Positions 1-19,217 of a DNA stretch of 64,000 nt are shown here, piece by piece (within the stretch, counting starts at the first letter, position 1; each line of letters opens with the position of its first letter). The stretch is from Paragordius varius (Eukaryota > Animalia > Nematomorpha): contig OZ176050.1 of the NCBI GenBank assembly GCA_964247055.1, forward strand, positions 12,214,001 through 12,278,000, written 5' to 3'. The notes beneath the pieces were generated by a model. The model searched no databases. It saw only the letters and a program-made list of their open reading frames with translations, and was not told the DNA's origin. The position numbers and the translations under genes are program-made.

Positions 1-326
1 AATATTTTTTTTATTTACTCCCAAGGCCCATAATTAACACACCATGCTAATCCTAATACATTTTATAAGAAATAACTTATCATATTTTTATCGTGCCGTG
101 TTTAAATTTTAAACGCAAAACAACCTACTTACCATCAATAATTAAAAAATGTCCATCTTTTAACTAAACTATATAACAATATAAATTATGGTTATGCAAA
201 ATTTATTGTTGTTTTATAAAAAAATAAGATTATAAATATTTGGCAATTTAGATGCAAAAGGAATAGGGATTAATTTAAATAAATTTGTTAATATACAGCT
301 AAACTATAATATAATAAACAATATTT

Positions 327-2283
327 CTACAAAGCAAATCTATTGGAGGCTTTTCGGAAATAACAAGCTCTTTTGACATCATCCGAATCCGCTTCAATCC
401 AAATTTCATTGCGTCTATCCGTGTCTTGTGGTCTAATAAATAATATATGGTATTTGATTTATATACTTTTAAATTTTTGGAGGGTAAATAATCAAAAATT
501 AAACAATATAAACAACTAGCCTAAATAACAGAGATAATTCACACTAAATTTTATCATAACAAGGATACGATACACGAGGAATATCACTTTATCTCATGCT
601 TTTAACCAAATAAATTAAGTCCAATAATTATTTAATACGCGTTATATCCTGCCACATAGTAATCGGAATCTGAATCAACAGAAACTCCATCTTTTTTCAA
701 CAAGACTCTCAGTTGATTAAACTCTCCGTCAGTATCATAAAGTTTTGGGACTCCACCAGGGTAACGATAAGCAAAATAATATTTGGGTTTCCAAGTTTCG
801 ATCTCCACCTTTTATTATTTAAATAATAGTTTTTAATATTTTTTGGTTTCATATAAATACAGTATGAACATTAGTGCTGGTCAATTTACCTTATTGTCGG
901 GCAATTGGTAATGTAGTACGGTATGGGTAAAAAATAAAAAATTGTTCATTAATTATTATTTAATTATGGACAAATATTTATTTATATCATACGCTACTGT
1001 ATTACCCATTCCTCAATAATGTGAATTGACCAACATTCATGTGCATACTGTATATAACTTTTAAATGAGTAAAATATAATTAAGTGTCCGGCAAGTCTAA
1101 ATATAGAATAAATTAGTGAGAAATAATCAATTATTATGAATTACTTGTGGATATGTGTGGTAAATGTGCTAAAGATTGTTTTAAAAAATACAACCACCCA
1201 TGATAGTTCAAACATAATTTTTAGATATTTTAAATTGTTATCAGGACTAAATTTATACATTTGGATCGCTTGGTTGAGGATTGCTGGAATCCGTCAAATA
1301 AAAATAAACGGTATAAGATCCATCGTCAATCGGATTTTTAACCAATGCAGGAGCATTCATAACCAAATTGGCCTCTGTTCAAATTAAAAATAGTGAGAAT
1401 GTTGTATATACCTATATATATATATATATATATATATATGCTTGTCTGATTTTAATAAAACTCTGTGTAAAAATAAAATATAATCGAATAGTTAGGGTGT
1501 AGTTTTTGACCGCCACTTATAAGTGCAGGCCTTCAAGGTCAGAGGCAGACAATTATTGCCAAATTTTTATGTTGTAAATAAACAAAAATAAATTTAACAC
1601 CAATTATATATCCTTTAGGACCGGAACATTGATATTATAATAATAAAAATATTGAAATTTAAATTATATATTTTCTGATTTTTATACCATGATTTTGTAT
1701 AAAATCACGTGATAAAAATTATAATTGCATATGTGTTTTAGATAGTAAAGACTTGTCTAAAACTCAATCGCGCTTTGTTAGAACGCTATAAGTTTAACTT
1801 AAGAATTTAGCAGATTGTAAAAATATATTTTTTAAGAAAGATAAAATAACAATAATTCTACCACACAAGGTTATGTTTAGATAAATGCATAAAATCCAAT
1901 TTTTATAAACATAATCAAAGTTTATACGAACCTTCAGTATAGTTGGATAAAGCAAAAAAAGCTTTAGTTACTGCTTCAACCTTTGTCGCTCCAGATGCTT
2001 TGGAGAAAGCCCATGTAATAGGACCATACCGACGTACTTCATACTTGTTTTTGTTACAGATAACTTCATATTTTGGACACTTGTAAGCACCACAAAATTG
2101 AAAACCACTAATAATAATTATAAAATAGTTTAAGAAAACTGGATATTATGTGACAAATTTGAAAAAAATAAGATACCTTAAATTTTTGCTGGAATATTTT
2201 TTGTTCCAACGTCTACCATATTCATGCCCGGAATGTACCAAAACAAAACAGGCGAATAAAGGGATCAATAAAAGAAATTTCAT
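327..2283 (-). CDS. Secreted SOUL/heme-binding protein family member (HEBP2-like), 5 exons, 224 aa
   Basis: Exons 2283-2177, 2107-1932, 1374-1259, 808-639 and 432-327, all GT-AG with matching phases. Translation: signal-peptide-like MKFLLLIPLFACFVLVHSG, then FCGAYKCPKYEVICNKNKYEVRRY, MNAPALV, YTVYFYL, PQPSDPNVEI and YYVAGYNAPQDTDRRNEIW. These match the SOUL-family motifs CPxY..YEVRRY, MTAPV, PxPxDPxV and AGYxxP..RRNEVW. Confidence 0.88.
860..1050. mobile_element. TA-flanked MITE (outer TIR CAGTATG[A/C]ACAT) containing an inner TIR element (CAGTAGCGTATG-like), in SOUL intron 3
   Basis: TA|CAGTATGAACAT at 858 and ATGTGCATACTG|TA at 1039-1052. Inner right end CATACGCTACTG|TA at 988-1001 and a degenerate inner left end near 912-926. 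The same architecture recurs at 27822-28033. Confidence 0.6.
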
Positions 2284-3028
2284 AACTTACAAATTATTGG
2301 ATTTTTTTTAAATAAATTTGATTTTTATTATATTAGGTGTTCACACTTAAACTCTATAATTTGAAAAGGTATTTGAAGCCAAAATATCCACTCGATGAGA
2401 TTAGTAAATATTATTATATTACTATTTTTTCAAAATAATAGATAATAATTTATTACACTTACAAAACTCACCAAGTACACAGACAAATATTATTTTTTGG
2501 ACGAAACCATAACATTTGTTTTGCGTTAATATATCGTTAATGAGTATATTATATTTAGCTGGCAAAGCTAACATATTACACCTGAGGCGAAATATTTTTA
2601 CCAACTAGCACTTGTAAAGTGCAAAAGTAAACATTTACATTTTAACTCTATCAAAATATAATTTTGAGTAATATATTTAAAGTTTTAGAGACCTCATGCC
2701 AATTTTAAAGGGATAAAAATTATCTGATAGTTAATAAAGTAAAAATGACCATGATCCAAACTTGATTTATAATCATAGACTATTTATTACACTGTGAGCG
2801 AAAACGAGAGTAGATTTTTTTAACAAAAAATTTTTGGTTTCATGAGATTGCTAATTAACCATCAAATTCATTTGCCGCAAAAAATTACATTTGTTGACGA
2901 TCTAGTTAAAATATTTAGAGAAAATCGAAATTGTACAAAAAGTGAAAATTAAGGATGATAATTAGGGATAATTAAAAAAATAAGGATAAAATTTGTGATA
3001 ATCAGATTTATTATCATTTTATCAAATA

Positions 3029-4930
3029 CTAGCGTAAGTTTCGGGCTATTACGCAGCCCGGGGAACTTTGGACTTTTTGAAGAGGGGGGCAAATTTTTTT
3101 GCCTTTATACGCGATCTGCACTCCTAATATAATATTATATTCTCATAATTTTGGCAAAAAATTGCCTCAAAAACATATTATTGAGCGGGTTTAAGGGTAT
3201 AAAGGTTCTAAGCATACTAATTTAAACAATGTTAACAAAAAATATTTATTTGACAATGATCTTAGTATAAAAAACATAAGCAATTATTGGATGAAGCGTG
3301 CAAAAAACGCTTTATTTTTGGCATCGGCTATATAAATAATAAAAAGATTTTCTTAAAAATCAATAGACTCCTACCCATAGACCTATTTGGAAAAAGCGCT
3401 GAGTTAAATTCGCTTTATAGGGCGAATATTTGGAATCATCTTTGATATCATCATCTCATGGGTTAAAAAATACCTCAACACTAAATAATCGTTATAGGAT
3501 AGTATTTTTAGGACATAAAGGCCCCAAATTAACTGCTAATAAATAACACCTGACCTTTTACCTAGTTACATGTAATATTTCAAGCTATGACATCATAAAT
3601 TTTCTGTAAATTAACTCCAAAACAACGCAATTTCTATATAGTGGCGCAGTTTTTGGCGGGTAGTTCATACCCAGGGGCAGGTATAAAAAAGCGTTGGGCA
3701 AAATTTTTGCCTTTATATGGGGAATATCTGGAATCATCATGGATTCCATATGTTCCTATAAGATTTTGGAAATATTGCTTCAAAACTAAAAAATTTTTCT
3801 ATGGCGGCGCATTTTTTAGGGCGTCAAACTTTACTTAGCGACTCATTAAAATAAACCCCTATATTAAAATAGTTGTTTTTTAAGTGGCAATAAATATTTG
3901 GCCCTTAGTCTCTTAGGTTTTCTGAAATTTGGCTGTCTAGGCATGCTGTATCGATATAGTGAGGCAGTTTTAGGCGGGTAGCTCCCTAACCAGATGTGAA
4001 ACAAAAAAACGCTCGATTAAAATGTTTGCCCTACAGGCAATACCTAAAATCATTATTGATTCCACATGCTCTCGTGGGATTTTCTAAAAATTGCATCACC
4101 CAAAAGTTATTCTATGGTGGCGCATTTTTAGGGCGTAAATGGCTAATTAACGGTTAATTAAAAAACCGCTTGATTTAAATTTTTGCCTTTTTCAGGGTAA
4201 TATTTCAAGCCCTTCTTTCATATATGATAATTTTTTGATTTGCCTGCAAAGTCACGCTGTATCAATATGGTGGCGTAGTTGTTGGGGGGTAGCCCTCTAC
4301 CCAGAGGCCATAAAAAAGACGTTTGATAAAAAATTTTGTTTTTATAGGGGAATACCTGGAATCATCATTCATTCCTTACGCTTTTAATAGTTTTTGGAAA
4401 AATGGCTATAAAACCAAATAATTGCTCAATGATAGCGCTTTTTCTAGGGCGTAAATGGCTAATTAACGGTTAATTAAAAAACCGCTCAACTTAAATTTTT
4501 GCCTTTTTACGGGTAATATCCTTATATGGTCTGATAAGTTTCCTGAAAATTAACGCCTAAACAACGCAATTCCTATATGATGGAACAGTTTTTAGCGGGT
4601 ATCTCCTTACCCAGCAGCCAATATAAAAAAACGATGCCCAAAATTTTTGCCTTTTAACTGGAAATACCTGGAATCCTCATTGGAATTTTACGGTCACATA
4701 CCTTGGGCGACAAATAGATTCAAAAAATTATTTTTGTGGACTTAGTTTTTTGTAAAAAATGCATTTTATGGGGGGAGCAGGTAAAAAGAGGGCCTAAATT
4801 AAAGCAAGCCGACTATGTTCGGCGCAATTGAAAAAATATAAAAAAATCATATTTGAAATCGAATGGTCCAACACGCTTCCCGGAAAATTGTCTCAAAGAA
4901 ACAGCGCCTCCAACAATTTTTAGGAGCTGA
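3029..4930 (-). mobile_element. Non-autonomous Helitron-like element (family A), long form with internal subrepeats, 5' end eroded
   Basis: On the minus strand it ends in hairpin CGGGCT..AGCCCG, a short spacer, then CTAG|T at 3029. The interior is homologous to 19218-21060 and 61894-63391, with recurring TTTTGCCTTT..GGGTAATA..GGAATCAT motifs. Confidence 0.75.
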
Positions 4931-5420
4931 CTCATAGCTATTTATTGGGTTAAATTTAAAATATGCATTTTGTGGGTTTAATTTTTTTTATATAATTTTT
5001 GAAAATATGATTGGGACTTCGTGCCGCATTTTGCAATTTATTTAAATCAAAAATATATTATGCTCATTTCAAATAAATCGTTTATCTCAATACTTAAACG
5101 AAGACACTCATCATAAAAACATTTTTATTGTATTCTACTTTTTTCAATCTCAAATGGTTTCTTGAAATACACATTTAATTGGACCATTTATATCACATGA
5201 TAACCATGTATATTAGCAATAAAATAAGAAACACTTTCATAATTAAAAAGTTATACTTTTTAACCAAGCTTTTTTCAGGATTTTTTAAAAGTAATCAATC
5301 AGATTTAATTGAATTTAAACATAAAATAATAATATTTTAATGTTTTATTATTTATTTATCTATCATATGTATAGGATATTAAAAAATATATGGATAATAA
5401 AAAAAACATTATATATGGTG

Positions 5421-5424
<4 letters not shown>

Positions 5425-5462
<38 letters not shown>
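5425..5462. repeat. (TA)n microsatellite; similar tracts at ~1411-1438, 10031-10057, 27709-27750, 41467-41495, 46390-46421 and 49090-49121
   Basis: Direct reading of uninterrupted or near-uninterrupted TA runs. Confidence 0.9.
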
Positions 5463-5465
<3 letters not shown>

Positions 5466-6741
5466 AATACATAAATTTCATTCAAAGAAACATAATTCTG
5501 TTGTACATTATAAATGAAAAATAATTAGATTCCAAAAAGGTAGAACATAATAACATTAGTAAATAAAAATACTAAATCATAAGTCAAAAAAGTATTGGTA
5601 ATATATCATTACAAAAATTTATGGGGTTTATTGAAAATAAGGACATAAAAGCATTCCATTTTCTAATATAATAAACCAAAAGAGGGAATTTTAAGGGTTT
5701 CCAGAAAAAAAAAACGAATAATTTTCAAATAAATCTTATAATGTATGCGATCCTTTATATCAGGTGTTTACCGGTAAGTTGAATATTTCATTCAATATAG
5801 AAGGATGAAAATGTACGAAGCATGTAATTACCATATAATGAATTATGTATGTACGTAGACAAATTCTACAATATGTAATACCAGATAATATAATTATCAA
5901 AATGGTTGAAACAACATAAAGCAAAAATGGTAGTGAGGAGACATATTTTTGTACGTATCTTTTATAGTAACCTATTGGTGACTATTTAAGGATCTGTTAC
6001 TCAAAATCAAATGGCAAAAAATAAGTATTGATGATATACTATTTTCTACATATTATGTTTTATTAAATGTTTCAAAAAATGCTTTAGTGTATATGGGTGG
6101 TAGAGAGGTCTAGGTGTGTAAACACCAAGCAAGTATCAATCGTATAAGAAAAATTAAAGATATAATTTGTTCTTTATAAAGAAAAAAAGTAAGTTTAGTG
6201 ATTTATATATGTCGATCCGCTCAAAAATGAAAAAAAAACATTATTATTGCAATCAATATTCATTCATTAGATATATATTGTGGTTTATTTTGTGCTGTGG
6301 CTTGTGGTTATGAATGCATGTCTGGGCATTTTCAAATAGTTTTTTTTAAGTTAATACGATCCCAGGGGGGTTAGATGTGTTTATAAGGGAAGTGGATGAT
6401 TGTACCATATTAAGGTTAGAGTTGGGGTTACTGTTGTTGTTTGAGGCAACATTGTTCATATCATCTTCTATAATTTGCAAAAAATTAAATATCAAAAAAT
6501 GTAGTATAGTGAGTGCATGGCAAATAAAAGAAAGATTTTTGTAATTCGATCGTCCAAAAGAGAAAAGTTATTTGATAAAAAAGCGCTAAATGATTACTTC
6601 TAAATACTTTCCAAACTTTGCAAAATTATTGTATCAAACGTACAAAAAAGATTAAAAAATCTTTGATTTCCATGTTAAAAATTAATGTAATTATTTTATT
6701 CGCCAAAGAAATGAAGCTAGCTAGCTAACTAAAGTAATGAA

Positions 6742-13608
<6,867 letters not shown>

Positions 13609-13762
13609 TTTATTACAGTATGAGTTTATGAATCGATCGTAAAGAATTTAGAAAGAAACGAAGTGGTAATTTTTCTCATCACCCATTGAATTATATATGC
13701 ACAAATTATACAAAAATAAAATATAAAATAAATATTATTTCTTTGTTGTAAACTTCTTTTAA

Positions 13763-14333
13763 CACTTCGATTCAAATTGGGGTATTTAAATACCCCAGAC
13801 TAAATTTGAGTTAGGATTTTTACAAAACTAATGAAGGAAACGGTCGCAATTTAAATTTATGCTTCTATATTAATAAAAATTATATAAATGTGCCAAAAAA
13901 TCTTAATAAAATTTTGTTTTGAAAAAAAAATTCCATATCAAACTACTTCGACGCCATTTTTATTTTAAAATTTTTTTGCTAAATATCGTCTTCATTGTAA
14001 ATTTAAAGGTTAAATTAGAGCTAATTTTTTATTTATATTACATAAAACATTGATAGAAATAGAAAAAGCGGTTTATTTTGTATTATTTTTAATTTTGCTA
14101 TTTCACACATGTCACGTTGACGAAATTTTTACCTTTCCGTTTTTTAAAATAGGTAATATCAAGTATTTTTGAATAGAATTTTTTATATATTTCGGTTTAT
14201 AAATAGTGCAAAATTTTGCCATGGTTTTGATTCCTTCCATATTTTTAAAGTAATTTAATTTTAAACAGGCCTGGGGTATTTAACTACCCCAATTTGAATC
14301 GGAGGACTAAAATGAATGTGTTGTATCCAAGTG
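13763..14333 (+). mobile_element. piggyBac-type MITE (family B), TTAA-flanked
   Basis: TTAA|CACTTCGATTCAAATTGGGGTATTTAAATACCCC ... GGGGTATTTAACTACCCCAATTTGAATC-spacer-ATCCAAGTG|TTAA. TTAA flanks and asymmetric terminal/internal inverted repeats are piggyBac hallmarks. No transposase ORF. Confidence 0.75.
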
Positions 14334-15529
14334 TTAAAATAATACATTTATATTATATTTAATATATATACAAATATTATGATAACTTTTGTAATTTTGT
14401 TATTTATTTTTTCATATCCTAATATTTAGATCTTAAATATAAAATGCATCCAAAATCGGGGGTGTTAAAAATTATCTTTAATAATATATCCTGATAGTAA
14501 AATGTCTAGGATTGTGCTTTTGGTTTTGGACCAGAAAATTATCTGGACATTTGTGGCAGCAGCTACACATCAGAAAATAGCGGAACACATTTGTTAACAA
14601 TATTTTGGCGATACTGCGATTCAATTTATGAACCAAAATATATTTTATAATATTTGTAAAGAGCAAAACAATATTTTTATTAAATTAATAAGTTAAGATC
14701 CAGACTAACAAAGCAATTTTTTGTTCGACTGTTAAATTGGGTAGTTTTAGTAATAACACAAAAATGAAACAAGCGATAAGATTTTATTATGCTAAATTAT
14801 AACAACCATTTTTTTGATAAATTGAATATTTTGCTTAAAATTAACGCAAAAATTCTAGGTTGCGCAATATAAAATTATAAATATGTTAAATGTTGAATTC
14901 AACTAATAAAATTAAAACGAATCCTTTTTTAAAAAATATAATTTTCGACAAAATTTAGTTGAAGCGTACTTACCATTTTGAGGCAATATAGAAACGGTAT
15001 AAATGAATTTAAAATTATCTAAAGCTTATCTATATAAATAGATGATGCTGAATTGTATCACCTCAGGATATCTATTAGTTGGTCATCAAGTTTTTATTTT
15101 ACAACAATTTGCATAAATTTGAAGCAACGAACTTTTAAATATAAATACTGAAGCGATAGTGTTGAGCATCATGGTATTAAAGAATGTTTTTATAAAATAT
15201 TAAAACATTTTTATACCGTTTCTCAAAATAATATAAAGTAAACTTCATTTAATTTTGTTAAAAATTATTTTTTTTGGAAAAAAGTATGTATTTTTAAAAA
15301 GTTATTAGTAACATTTAAGACATATTAAATATTATCGCGCATGAGAACTATCTTATTTAGAAGCGAAAATGGGAATTTCTGAACTCACATCTGAAAATCT
15401 TATATTATTATTGATGTATTTTAGTGAATATCTATAAAAATTGGCAAATAATTATTAATAAAAATGTGCGTGAATTTGTTCATTTTCTGATATGGAGCAG
15501 TTATCACAAAAGTGTAAATAAAAAATATG

Positions 15530-16110
15530 CTTCTTTAGCCTCTTAGGCGCATTATACAAAAAAATATTCTAAAAAATCTGAAAATGTAAAAAATCCTCAT
15601 CTCAAAATTTTTACCGCCATTTTTTTCTATAAATTTTTTATATCGCTATTGCAACAGGCAAATAAATGTATATTCTAGTTGGAAAATAATTAACTTCAAG
15701 AAACTTTTAGTCAAAATTTTACCAGCAAAAACTTGATAAATTTTGATCGTTTCAATTGTGTTTTACGGTTTTCCCAATTTATAAGTCACAAAATTGAAAA
15801 TAATATAAGCTTTTTAATCAAATATATCAAAAAGTTTTTGATAATTAATTTTACTAAAAAACGTTCAAAACCTTAAGTTATTTTTGAGCTCTATGATACA
15901 AAATTACCCCAAAAAAACAAACTATGACACAAAAGATAAAGGTCTTAAGTGTTATGAAATTAAAAAAATCCTCTCACTTTTTCACAGACATTTTTTTCTT
16001 AATTTTTTTTTAAAACGCCAATACAACAGGCAAATAAATTTAAATTATGGTAAAAAATAATTAACTTTGGAAAGCTTTGAAGTTGCACTTTACGAGAGAA
16101 TATATGATAT
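15530..16110. repeat. Unclassified interspersed repeat with an internal tandem duplication; inverted homolog at ~44150-44280
   Basis: CTTTAGCCTCTTAGGCGCATTATACAAAA matches the reverse complement of TTTTGTATCATGCGCCTAAAAGGCTAAAG at ~44240. CAACAGGCAAATAAAT..AAAATAATTAACTT occurs at both ~15650 and ~16020. Confidence 0.4.
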
Positions 16111-16499
16111 ATGCATGTTTTAATAACAGCTTTTTGGTTTTTTAACATCTGAATTTGACAACCTAGAAATCAAAAAGTGTAAAATTCTATTTTTGTGCAG
16201 GAGATAAGAGTTTGGTAATTAAATTTTACGTAAAAAACTTGCAAAACAGTATTATGCTTACTACCTTTAAGATATGAGGTTAAATAATACGCTAAAATGT
16301 CATAGTTACAAAATTATGAAAAGGTCATGAATTGAAAATATCAAATATTTTTCTATATATAAAGAAAAATAATTTTTTATCAAAATTTAGTACATATTTA
16401 AAATTTTTATCGCGCAATAACGGCATTTTTTATTTAGGAAAACGAGAGCCCATATCTATAATTAAAAATATAAAAAAATATTGCTTTTAGTTTATATAA

Positions 16500-17165
16500 C
16501 ACTTGGATTTAAATTGGGGTACCTAAATACCTCAGACTCAATTTGAATTAATAATTTGAAAAACTACTGAAGAAAATGGTCCCAATTTAAATTTATGCTT
16601 CTATCCTAATTAAAATTATATAAATATGCCAAAATATCTTGATAAAATTTTGTTTTGAAAAAAAAGTTCCATGTCAAACTACTTGGACGCCATTTTAATT
16701 TTACACAATTTTTGCAAAATATCGTCTTCGTTTAATTTTAAGGGAAAAATGAAAGCTAATTTTTTATTTAAATCACATTTAACATTGATAGAAATAGAAA
16801 TAGCGGTTTATTTTGTATTATTTTTTAATTTTACCATTTCACACATGTTACGTTGACGAAATTTTTGCCTTTCAGTTTTAGCTTTTTTTAAGAATTTTAT
16901 TTTAAACAGGCCTGGGGTATTTAACTACCCCAATTTGAATCGAAGGACTAGAATGAATGTGTTGTATCCAAGTGTTAAAATAAGTAATATCAAGTATTTT
17001 TGAATAATAATTTTTATATATTTCGTTTTATTAATGTTATATAAGTGCAAAATTTTGATGGCTTCAATTCCTTCTATATTTTAAAAAGTAATTATTAAAC
17101 AGGCCTGGTATTCAACTATTCTAATTCGAATCGAAGGACTGAACTGAATGTGTTTAATCCAAGTG
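16500..17165 (+). mobile_element. piggyBac-type MITE (family B) with a tandemly duplicated right end
   Basis: Left end ATAA|CACTTGGATTTAAATTGGGGTA. Right end ..ATCCAAGTG|TTAA at 16974 and again at 17165. The interior is homologous to 13763-14333. Confidence 0.7.
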
Positions 17166-17515
17166 TTAAAATATGTTTATTGATATTTTAATGGAGAATT
17201 AAACCATATATAATTATTTAGCTGTGGGGTATGTCTGATACGAAGAATTACCACAAAAAGGACTTCGCTTATTTTATATCACAGACCCACAATATACCAT
17301 TATAACAGTGTTACATTCTATTAAATTTCATATATTCAGGTTTTTTTTTAGATTCGGCTTATAATGAGCGTGTTTTTCTACATGGATCTACTACCACAAC
17401 AGTATATTTAAAAACCCCTTTATAGCCTAAAATAATACATTCCGTAAAAATTTTGATACATTTATAATAATATATATTTTATAGATAGATTTTTTCGTGC
17501 ATACGATAAAGTTAA

Positions 17516-17640
17516 CACTTGGATACAACACATTCGTTTCAGTCCTTTGGTTTAAATTGGGGTAGTTAGATACCCTTATATATATTTAAATATTTTAAAA
17601 AATATGGAATAAATTAAAACCATGGCAAAAGTTTGCCCTT
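17516..17640 (-). mobile_element. Family B MITE right-end fragment in the opposite orientation, truncated at a Helitron end
   Basis: TTAA|CACTTGGATACAACACATTCGTTTCAGTCC..AAATTGGGGTAG is the reverse complement of the family B right end and abuts the Helitron terminus at 17649. Confidence 0.6.
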
Positions 17641-17648
17641 ATAAAACA

Positions 17649-18961
17649 CTAGCGTAAATCTTGTGTTGCTACGCAGCCTATGATCTCATAGGATTTTCAC
17701 AACGGTGCATCCATACTAATATATTGTTTACTGGTGTAAAGGGCCCAAATTGACGGCTAACGGGAAAAACCGCTACACTATAATTTTTACCTTTTTATGA
17801 GTAATATTTAAAGCCTTTATTGAACTCGGGCTTCTTATGTTTTTTGAAAATTAGCCCCAAAACGCTATTTTTGTATGGCGTCTCAGTTTTAAACAGGTAA
17901 ACCCCTACCTTTTTGTGGAGAATACCTGAAATCATGATTGATTCCAAATGCTCTCATTAGTTTTTGTAAAAATTGCCTCGAAACTAAAAAATCATTCTAT
18001 GGTGGCGTATTTATCAGAGCGTGAAGTAAGTGAGAGCTATTAAAATACCGCACGACCTTAATTTTTGCCTTGTTACGGGTAATATTTAAAGCAGCTATTG
18101 AACTCATCATATCGATCCAGCATGCCTTTGTAGCTAAATTTCAGAAAACCTATGTGTGTAATAGGAACATATGGAATCCATTATAATTCCAGATATTCCC
18201 ATAAAAAGGAAAAACTTGCTCAACGCTTTTTATACCTCTCCCTGGGTAAGGAGCTGCCCGCCAAAAACTGCGCCACTATATAGTTGCGTATTTTGAAGCT
18301 AATTTACAGAAAATTTATCATATGAGCTCATTAAAAGCTTGAAATATTACCCGTAACTAGGTAGGCAGGCGTTTTTTTATTAGCCACAAATTTGGGGCCT
18401 TATGCCCTAAAAATACGCCATCATATAACGATTATTTAGTGTTTAGGCATTTTTTCGAATAACCCATGAGACGATGGTATCAAAAATGATTCCAAATATT
18501 TGCCCTATAAAGGCAAAGAATATAACTCAGCGCTTTTACACATAGGTCTATTGGTAGGGGTCTACCGGTTTAAACTTGAGACGCAGTACAAGAATGGCGT
18601 GATTTGGGATCTGATTAAAAAACTTAAAAAGACATACTAGTTCGGAACACATTTCTGGCGAATTTGTATATTATTATTTTCTTTAAAAAGGGACCAAAAA
18701 TGAGTTACTTTTTATATCCCTTGCTCCCAGCTTTGTGAACAAAATTTCAAAATAAAGTTTTTAACCATAATTTCGTAAAACTAAAATCTTAAATTAAATC
18801 CAATGCTAATTGAATATTAACTTTCATAAGGGACAGTTTAAATATAATTAATTTAGAGTAAACAATATTTGAGCCTATGCAAAAACCCGTAAAAGAATAA
18901 TTAAAGACATTTTGTGCTTGGTATAGATTAAACTCGCTCAGCAGCCCGAGATTTACGCTAG
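17649..18961. mobile_element. Two family A Helitron pieces back to back, with 3' (hairpin-CTAG) termini at both outer ends
   Basis: A|CTAGCGTAAATCTTGTGTTGCTACGCAGCC at 17648 is a minus-strand 3' end. GCAGCCCGAGATTTACGCTAG|T at 18961 is a plus-strand 3' end. Orientation switches near 18110. Confidence 0.7.
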
Positions 18962-19217
18962 TATCTAAAAAAGCATATCAAACTACTTGAGTTTTTTAAA
19001 AACTTTTAGCAATATGTTTATTTGATTCAAACTCAAAAATTGAGTTTACATTTTAAGTAAAGCATTTAACATGATATCAAAAGAAATGGTATATTTTGCA
19101 TTATTATTATATTTAGCATGTGCACACATGTGATGTTGGCCAAATTTTTCCTATGGGTTTTATCTCTGAATAAGTAGCAAGTTTTTTGAATAAATCTTTT
19201 ATATTTTGGTTCATTAA

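Noticed and set aside
888-930. Extra SOUL exon (HYQLPDNK|gt)
   Set aside because: Exons 1374-1259 and 808-639 already join in phase to give PSDPNVEI, and this segment lies inside a MITE.
3400-4700. CRISPR-like array from the recurring GGAATCAT..GATTCC motif
   Set aside because: The DNA is eukaryotic, the repeats are degenerate, and the intervening sequences are homologous to each other rather than unique spacers; there are no cas genes.
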